A stretch of DNA of 64,000 nucleotides from Phaeosaccion multiseriatum (taxonomy: Eukaryota; Protista; Ochrophyta, other classes), in NCBI GenBank assembly GCA_965112735.1, contig OZ218952.1:2542001-2606000 (forward strand), written 5' to 3'. Below are positions 61,340 to 64,000 of this stretch, piece by piece. Numbering within the stretch: the first letter of the stretch is position 1; every line of letters begins with the position of its first letter. A model generated the notes under the pieces. That model was given only the letters and a program-made list of their open reading frames with translations. It made no database searches and was not told the origin of the DNA. The position numbers and the translations under genes were made by a program.

Positions 61340-61511
61340 TAACCCCTGACAGGTTCTGGGGGAAAAGCGTGTAATAGGTTCCAGGTTCCCCGGAAAAGCC
61401 GTGTAATAAGGCAATGATGAGGTCCCCCTGAACCTGGATCCAGCCAGGTTCTGGCCAGCCCCAGGTTCCAGGTTCTTGCCTGGGTCGCCTCAGAACCTTG
61501 TCAGGGGTCGA
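61340..61511. mobile_element. MITE related to the 1096-1297 element (left end eroded)
   Basis: acccctgacaggttctg ... cagaaccttgtcaggggtcga inverted ends. Shares aggttctgggggaaa and gtaataaggcaatgatga with 1170-1206. No clear TSD. Confidence 0.7.
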
Positions 61512-62147
61512 GGTTGGCGGTACGCGGTAGAGCCGTTCACGTTGAGCTGTCCCAGGGATGCGCGCAAGTCTGTACCTCTGTGCCTGGCTGGCTGTGTCCC
61601 GAACTGACACACTTTATTATTTGCAAAGATAAGATTTATGCTGAACCTCTGTTTTATAACAATACATGTACCCTATTCACACCGCAAACAAGCTCAAACA
61701 AAATAAATTCAAATGGTCATCAAGTCGTGCACTTCCGCATCGCAGCTCAATAAAGCACCCTCCGCCTTCCCTCCCTCTCTCCGTATGTATACCTCTCTCT
61801 CCTTGTGTCTCCCTCTCCCTCCCTCTCTCCGTATGTCTCCCTCCCCCCCCCCCTCTCTCTCTCGCAGTCTTCTCTCCGCGTGTCAAGTCACCTCTTTATG
61901 TGTCACTCCCCCCACAGCGTTGTCGCTCCCATCGTCGCTAGCCAAAGGTGAGTGGTTATGCCAATCCGCTCCGCCTCTCCTCTCCCACAGGTCCGAAAGC
62001 ACCAATACAGCATACGCCCCACCGTAGAAAATGCTCTACATACACCCTGTACCCAAACATCCCTAAGTCATCCCTCTGCTATCCGTTGAAGCTGGCGGTA
62101 CTACCACATGCTATACCAGCGCTGTACCACCACATGGCGTACCAGTA

Positions 62148-62585
62148 CTACCATAAGTCAGAGGCGTCTCGTCCCCAGATGAGGCTGTACCCCGCGCTGG
62201 TGAGGTGGTCGTGAACCTGATCCATATGGTCCTTGTCCACGGTCTCGATCACGCACTTGATCTGCACCTGGTCAACGTGGGTGTGCAGCCACGCGCGCTC
62301 GTGATAGATGTCACGGATGGACGCCCCTGTTGAGTGTTGTTGTTGTTGTTGTTGTTGTTGTAGAGTACGAGGCAGGGAGAGGAGAGGGAGAGAAGAGAGA
62401 GAAGAGCGAGAAGGCAGACACACAGAGAGAGAACGAAAGAGAGATGGAGAGTGAGAGAGAGAAGGAGAGGGATGGAGAGTGGAAGGGGTGAAAAGCAAGC
62501 CTCAAACCGGAACGCGCGCAGGGTACAGATAGCAGACAAAAGAAAAGGTAGCGCAACAGCTCTCCTGCTCTCTGCGTTCTCCTCC

Positions 62586-62623
<38 letters not shown>

Positions 62624-64000
62624 TCCGCCTACCTCCTTCCCCCCCTCCCTCCCTCCACCCACCCCTCCACCCCTCGCACCTGCATCGTACAGCGCCTTGG
62701 CCAGCTCCTTGATGCCCCCCGGCCTGTCGCTCACGTTGGTGGCGAAGCGCACAAGGCGGTGGTCAGCAGCAAGCCCCCTGTCCAACACGCGATGCAGCAC
62801 GGGAATGTCAATGTTGCCGCCGCACAGAGGCACCACAATGTTCTTGCCCTTCATCTCGGGAATGTCCAGGGGAGCGCCTGAGGAGTGAGTGCACACATTA
62901 GGAGGGTTGAGTTGGGTTTGTTTGTTTCTTTGGGGGTGTTTTCTACGTAGTCTAGTAAACACTTTCCAAGTATATTTGTGTATAGTCCATCGATCTCACG
63001 AGTGTGGCATTGCACCACCCAGGGCGACAAACCCGAGGAAAGCCACGAAAGACTCGCACGCACCGCCGAGACAGAAGAGACAAGAAACAAGAGAAGACGA
63101 TTATCACTCACTCCTACTCACTCCCTTGCTCTCTCTCTCTCACACACACACACTTTCCCTCTCTCTCTCCCCCCTCTCTCCTCTCCCTCTCCCTCTCTCT
63201 CTCCCTCTTCTCCCTCACTGACCTGGTAGCAGGGCCGCTAGACCGACAGCGCCTCCCCCCTCCACCATGACTCTCTCGTGCTCGATGAGGCGCAGCACGG
63301 ACAGGGCCACCTCCTTCTCGGACACCTGCAGGCAGGCAGAGCAGTTGGTGATACAGGGCAGGTGGTGGCAGTTGGTGAGACAGGGCAGGGCAGGGGTGGC
63401 GGTGGTGGTGGCTCACAGACGGGAAAAGAGAAGTAAGGGAAGCCAAACGAATGTTCGTGGTCTCTTTCCAGCAGCAAAACCTGAAGTGATCCCGCTTGCT
63501 CTGCCTCTGCCTTGCCACATGGTGAGTGACAACAGCTCCCCTCTCCACATCACCAAACATCTGACAACAGCTCTCTCTCTCTCGTTATCTCTCTCTTCCT
63601 CTCTCCCTCTCGCTCATGCTCTTTCTCTTCTCTCCTGTCTCCCTCCTGCCTCTTCCCTCCACCCCCTCTGCTCCCCTCCTTCCTCCTGCCCGCTCACTCA
63701 CCTGTACGACATCGTCAACGTAATGCCTCGCCACCTCAAAAGCCGTGGGCCCCACCTCGGGCACAGCAAGCCCATCGGCGAGGGTGGGGGTGGTCTCTGC
63801 GTGTATGGGTTTGCCTGCCTTAAGAGCTGCAGAGTAACTTGCGCAGAACTTTGGCTCCACTCCGATAACCTTGGAGGGGAGGAAGGGGGGGGGGGGTTAG
63901 GTGTGCAAGTGTGTGAGTTTTGTTCTCTTCTTCCTGTTCTACTCCTTGTCCCTCCTCTTCTCCTTGACATTCACTCATACACACACTCACTCTCTCACTT
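62148..64000 (-). CDS. Threonine/serine dehydratase (PLP-dependent, C-terminal ACT domain), 5' part outside the window
   Basis: VIGVEP, TLADGLAVPEVG, VVEGGGAVGLAA, VVPLCGGNID, VSDRPGGI and IRDIYHERAW. Confidence 0.93.

Overview
Gene-dense, intron-rich eukaryotic DNA, most likely a photosynthetic stramenopile (ochrophyte alga), judged from two bipartite signal+'SAF/AAF' plastid-targeting presequences and GT-AG introns filled with microsatellites. About 18 protein-coding loci can be rebuilt by hand-splicing: a partial unknown gene, a Sec14/CRAL-TRIO protein, an unknown protein, a plastid DUF1995-like protein, PARP16-like, DENR, TBC1D19, a GT8-sulfotransferase fusion, Costars/ABRACL, a bacterial-type secreted beta-helix protein, the Skp1 glycosyltransferase PgtA (GT74+GT2), a UbiA/MenA prenyltransferase spliced in frame to a flavin monooxygenase, a TPR protein, a candidate 68-aa ORF, PIG-L, an unknown plastid protein, AP-1 sigma, DHCR24 and a partial threonine dehydratase. 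Most genes alternate strand and form divergent pairs whose start codons are only about 130-350 bp apart. Four of the five tail-to-head junctions carry small mobile elements: 3' ends of a restriction-like-endonuclease LINE, always head-to-head with the next gene, and/or members of a TCGGCCC-ended MITE family. One MITE is nested in a LINE copy with a 7-bp target duplication. The strongest novelty candidates are the prenyltransferase-monooxygenase fusion, the GT8-sulfotransferase fusion and the LINE/MITE placement pattern. All family calls come from motif recognition, not database searches, and exon boundaries are predictions.
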